A stretch of 64,000 bases of DNA from Vulcanimicrobiota bacterium (GTDB lineage: Bacteria; Vulcanimicrobiota; Vulcanimicrobiia; Vulcanimicrobiales; Vulcanimicrobiaceae), in NCBI GenBank assembly GCA_963833095.1, contig CAWHWQ010000001.1, forward strand, positions 608,001 through 672,000, read 5' to 3'. The position numbers and the translations under genes were made by a program. The stretch's first letter is position 1. Each line of letters opens with the position of its first letter. Under the pieces are notes generated by a model. It was not told where the DNA came from. It did not search any database and saw only the letters and a program-made list of their open reading frames with translations. Positions 60,864-64,000 of the stretch are shown here, piece after piece.

Positions 60864-61184
60864 TTAGACCGGCGTCGGGATCTTGTGAAGGGTCGAGCTG
60901 ATCACATCAAACGACTTCACGTTCGGACTGCCGTCAAGCAGGGTCGTCAGCGATTGGAGCACCTGCGGATAGGTGTTCTGATTGTAGGACTCCGCGTTTT
61001 CCTTACGATCCCAAACGGTGACAGAGATCGCTTCGGTTCCATTGGAGCTCGCGCAGAACACGGCATTCTTAAAACCTGCTTGCTTCTGAAGCAACGGTAG
61101 GACCTTTTCGTCGATGGTCTTCGTTAAATCAGAGACACTATTTTGATTCTGTTTGAGCTTCATGGTTACTATACGAGAGAACAT
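60864..61184 (-). CDS. ABM-like hypothetical protein
   Basis: MFSR...VLPLL.KQ.GF...SVTVWD.KENAE.Y; AAGGA RBS. Confidence 0.8.
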   Translation of the reverse strand: MFSRIVTMKLKQNQNSVSDLTKTIDEKVLPLLQKQAGFKNAVFCASSNGTEAISVTVWDRKENAESYNQNTYPQVLQSLTTLLDGSPNVKSFDVISSTLHKIPTPV

Positions 61185-61229
61185 TTCATCCTTAAAGACA
61201 ACAACTCGATCGACGGCTGAAAATCAACC

Positions 61230-61297
61230 AATAAAAAACTGCCCTACACCGAGAACCGCGTTTGAAGCGGCAGAAACGGTGGGCAGCTTTTTTTATT
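61230..61297 (-). terminator. Interrupted hairpin with A/T tracts on both sides (attenuator, sRNA 3' end or bidirectional terminator)
   Basis: AATAAAAAA-CTGCCC...GGGCAG-C-TTTTTTTATT with inner ACCG/CGGT and CCGC/GCGG stems. Confidence 0.6.
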
Positions 61298-61525
61298 GTC
61301 GCCTAGAGTTGCTGTGCAATTATTATAGCACACTTTACGCTAAAACGGGGGATTTAGTTTTAATCCGCGATTACGCGCACCACGTGCAGCAAGCCCTCGA
61401 CGTCTCCATGCATGCCGAGCGAATATCGCGTCACGCTATAGCATTCGTTCGCTTGCATTTGCCATCCAGGCGCGCCAGTTGAAACCGCGCGCAGGGTGAT
61501 TAGGACAGCTCCATTAGAAATCTAA

Positions 61526-61554
61526 TTGACAACGAAGGCTGCGCGCGCTATAGT
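61526..61554 (+). promoter_or_regulatory. Sigma70 promoter of the blaI-M56 operon
   Basis: TTGACA-N17-TATAGT. Confidence 0.8.
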
Positions 61555-61585
61555 GCTATTACATTACTAATAGTACGGGGGCTCC

Positions 61586-61972
61586 GTGTCTCGTAAGAAA
61601 TCGCTGATTCTCACCGACCACGAACTGCGTTTGATGGAAGAGCTCTGGCGGGCCGGTCGCGCAACCGTGGCTGACGTCGTGGATGTGCTTCCGCCGCCGC
61701 CGCTTGCATACAGCACGGTGCTTACTACGCTGCGTACGCTCGAGCAAAAGGGCTACATCGCACACGAAGAGGATGGGCGAGCCTACGTGTACCGCCCATT
61801 GGTCGCGCGCGACGAGGCAGCCAAGTCCGCGATGCGCCATCTCCTGGATCGCTTCTTTGGAAGCTCGCCCGGCGCGCTTGCGGTCACGTTGCTCGATGAC
61901 ACGCGCTTGAGCGAGGACGATATCACGAAAATAAAACGGATGCTCACGCGCAATCGGAAGGGGTCGCAATGA
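61586..61972 (+). CDS. BlaI/MecI/CopY family repressor
   Basis: ELRLMEELW, AYSTVLTTLRTLEQKGY, LLDRFFG. Confidence 0.93.
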   Translation: MSRKKSLILTDHELRLMEELWRAGRATVADVVDVLPPPPLAYSTVLTTLRTLEQKGYIAHEEDGRAYVYRPLVARDEAAKSAMRHLLDRFFGSSPGALAVTLLDDTRLSEDDITKIKRMLTRNRKGSQ

Positions 61973-63246
61973 TCGATACGGCTTTGCTCAACGGCCTGTG
62001 GCAGGGCGCGCTCATCGTGGCGATCGCAGCGCTTGCGACGTGGAAGATACCGCAAGGCCACGCCGCGACGCGCCACGCCGTTTGGTTCGCAGCGCTGGTT
62101 GCACTCGCGGTCGTTCCGATCGTAAGCCTATTGCATCCAGCGCCGGCGATCGCCGCGCTGCCAGCGCCAGCCGCGGCGCCATCGCTCGTTACCGCGAAGG
62201 CGGCATCGGCCGGCGGTTCCTGGCTACTCTATTTCTGGCTTGCGGGCCTTACCATCGCCCTCGCGCGCCTCGGGATCAGTTATGCGCGAATCACTCGTAT
62301 CGTGCGCAGCGCCGTTCCGGCGCCCGAGCTCGGTTCAAACGTTGTCGTGTCGCGTGGCGTTGATTTCCCGATTGCCGCGGGCCTCGTCTCGCCGCTGATC
62401 GTCATCCCCGCGTACCTCGCAGCGACGCTCGATCGCGCTGACCTCGACGACATCGTGCGCCATGAGAGCGCGCATATCGAGCGCCGCGACATTTGCGTAA
62501 ACCTCATCCAGCGCGTGATCGAGGCGTTGCTCTTCTTCAATCCCTGGGCATACGTCATCGGCCGCCGATTGATCGCCGAGCGTGAAGCCGCGTGCGACGA
62601 TCGCGCCGTCCACGCAACCGGCGAGCCCGATCGCTATGCCTCGTGTCTCGCCCGGTTGGCGCAGAACCCACGCGCTTCACGCTCGCCACTCCTTACGCCA
62701 AGCGCGATCGGTTCGCGGCGCATGCTCGTCGGGCGCATCGCCCGGCTTCTCAACGGAAAGGCAACCGACTTGAAAACCAATTACGTCGCACTTGGCGCAA
62801 GTAGCGTCGCGTTCGCAATCCTTGCGGTTCTCCTGCAGACGCTGACCGGACTCGCAGCCGACGCCTCACTGCCCCTCGGAACCGATGTTGCGGTCGCGGC
62901 AAGTCCATGTGTATACCCCACCAACCTTACGGCAAACACGCCCGAGGAAAAGTCGAAGTTACGCAAAGAGCTCTTTGCGACCGGCGCTGAAGTCAAGGTC
63001 CTCAACGCGGCGACGCCCGATATTCCCAAATCAGCGTTCCGCCCGAATACCGCTGCGAATGCACTTGTCACCGTCAGCCCCGACGGCCACCCGGTCAGCG
63101 CGAAGATCGTTAAGTCAAGCGGAAGTCCCGGAATGGATCACGCGGTCGTCAATGCTGCGATGGCTTCGACCTACTCGCCGGCCATGAATAATTGCAAACT
63201 CGTTACCGGTCAGTATCTCTTCCAGGCGCAGACTGGACCGATGTAG
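61969..63246 (+). CDS. M56 (BlaR1-like) metallopeptidase with C-terminal TonB domain
   Basis: LWQGAL, HESAH, FFNP, EREAACD; C-terminal KSSG...DHAVVNAA...PA. Confidence 0.9.
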   Translation: MIDTALLNGLWQGALIVAIAALATWKIPQGHAATRHAVWFAALVALAVVPIVSLLHPAPAIAALPAPAAAPSLVTAKAASAGGSWLLYFWLAGLTIALARLGISYARITRIVRSAVPAPELGSNVVVSRGVDFPIAAGLVSPLIVIPAYLAATLDRADLDDIVRHESAHIERRDICVNLIQRVIEALLFFNPWAYVIGRRLIAEREAACDDRAVHATGEPDRYASCLARLAQNPRASRSPLLTPSAIGSRRMLVGRIARLLNGKATDLKTNYVALGASSVAFAILAVLLQTLTGLAADASLPLGTDVAVAASPCVYPTNLTANTPEEKSKLRKELFATGAEVKVLNAATPDIPKSAFRPNTAANALVTVSPDGHPVSAKIVKSSGSPGMDHAVVNAAMASTYSPAMNNCKLVTGQYLFQAQTGPM

Positions 63247-63296
63247 GCACGCGCCGGCGGAGTCGCCTACCCGCGAGATTGACGGTGGCAGCTCAG

Positions 63297-64000
63297 CTAA
63301 ACGTCAAACGTCTTCCAATCGTACGGTGTAAAGCCAACGAACGCGTCATCCCAACCGATCCGATACGCCTCACCGATCCCCTTTTCATCGTCGAATGCCC
63401 CAGCGCCAAGCGGCAGTGTTTTCTTCGGGCGCATGAAAAACAGATCCGTCGCCACGGATGAGGCCATAAAGGACGCTAGCTCGCGCTGATGCGCAGCATT
63501 GGACATGGTACTGCCCTTAGGGATCTGTGCGAGTGCGCCTTTTGCGACGGACTGAAAATAGACGTTGCGCATGTCGGTTGCGAGGATCTTCCGTTGCATC
63601 GTTCCGAACACGCCGAACCCGATTGTCACAGCATCCACATAATCGGCCACCGGTTCAAAAGGCGGATCCATCAGAATGACATCGGCCGCCGACGCCACCG
63701 CGTGCGCGAACGAAACCGGAGAGTTGCTCGCGACACCGCCGTCGCAATACTGATTGATCGCCCCATCGGGACCCGGCATCTGGACGGGATCCCAGGCGAC
63801 GGGAATCGCCGCCGATGCAAAGAGCTGACGGTGTAGCAGGTCGGCCGTGGCTGGACGTACGATGGTGTTGGGCCCTAGCGTTAACTGCAGCGCTGCAGTT
63901 ACTTCCGCAGGAACGTCGGCGGGTGCACCCCGCGGTCGCAAATAGAAGTACTCGGCACGCTGCATCGTCAGGTTTGTCGACACCCAGATCAGCGGCATCA
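63297..64000 (-). CDS. Patatin-like phospholipase, 5' part outside the window
   Basis: STNLT, ASAAIP, DGG motifs. Confidence 0.8.
   Translation of the reverse strand, partial: MPLIWVSTNLTMQRAEYFYLRPRGAPADVPAEVTAALQLTLGPNTIVRPATADLLHRQLFASAAIPVAWDPVQMPGPDGAINQYCDGGVASNSPVSFAHAVASAADVILMDPPFEPVADYVDAVTIGFGVFGTMQRKILATDMRNVYFQSVAKGALAQIPKGSTMSNAAHQRELASFMASSVATDLFFMRPKKTLPLGAGAFDDEKGIGEAYRIGWDDAFVGFTPYDWKTFDV

Noticed and set aside
61153..61515. Small ORFs or a type I toxin in the AT-rich intergenic region
   Set aside because: No convincing RBS/start and no hydrophobic toxin-like peptide; the region is better explained by promoters and RNA structure.
1..64000. CRISPR array, cas genes, integrase, transposase, rRNA
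   Set aside because: I saw no regularly spaced direct repeats and no recognisable motifs for these.

Overview
GC-rich, densely coded bacterial chromosome window with about 75 genes. The style of the secreted proteins, the rpsR-rplI-lonC-dnaB order and the porin/TonB genes suggest a diderm lineage such as Eremiobacterota/WPS-2, but this is inference. Content is mostly housekeeping and metabolic: hemL, mrp, lysA, dacB, msrB, aqpZ, an iorAB-like molybdoenzyme, solA, dnaB, lonC, rplI, rpsR, glnA-amt-porin, ogt and blaI/M56-TonB. There is one tRNA-Thr(CGT) with an HNH endonuclease directly downstream. I found no CRISPR array, rRNA, integrase or transposase. Four genes carry single-base frameshifts (rplI has two), most likely assembly errors. 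The most notable observations are a FolK-MptA (archaeal-type GTP cyclohydrolase) fusion; an Mrp ATPase that lacks its canonical CxxC but has an N-terminal CxxC domain; the tRNA-HNH unit; RG instead of RR in two Tat-like signals; a perfect Cheo-type LexA box upstream of rpsR-dnaB; and several structured leader RNAs (glnA, rpsR, zinc-ribbon gene, molybdoenzyme operon, and an AT-rich attenuator or sRNA near 61.3 kb). All product calls come from motif recognition by eye, without database searches.
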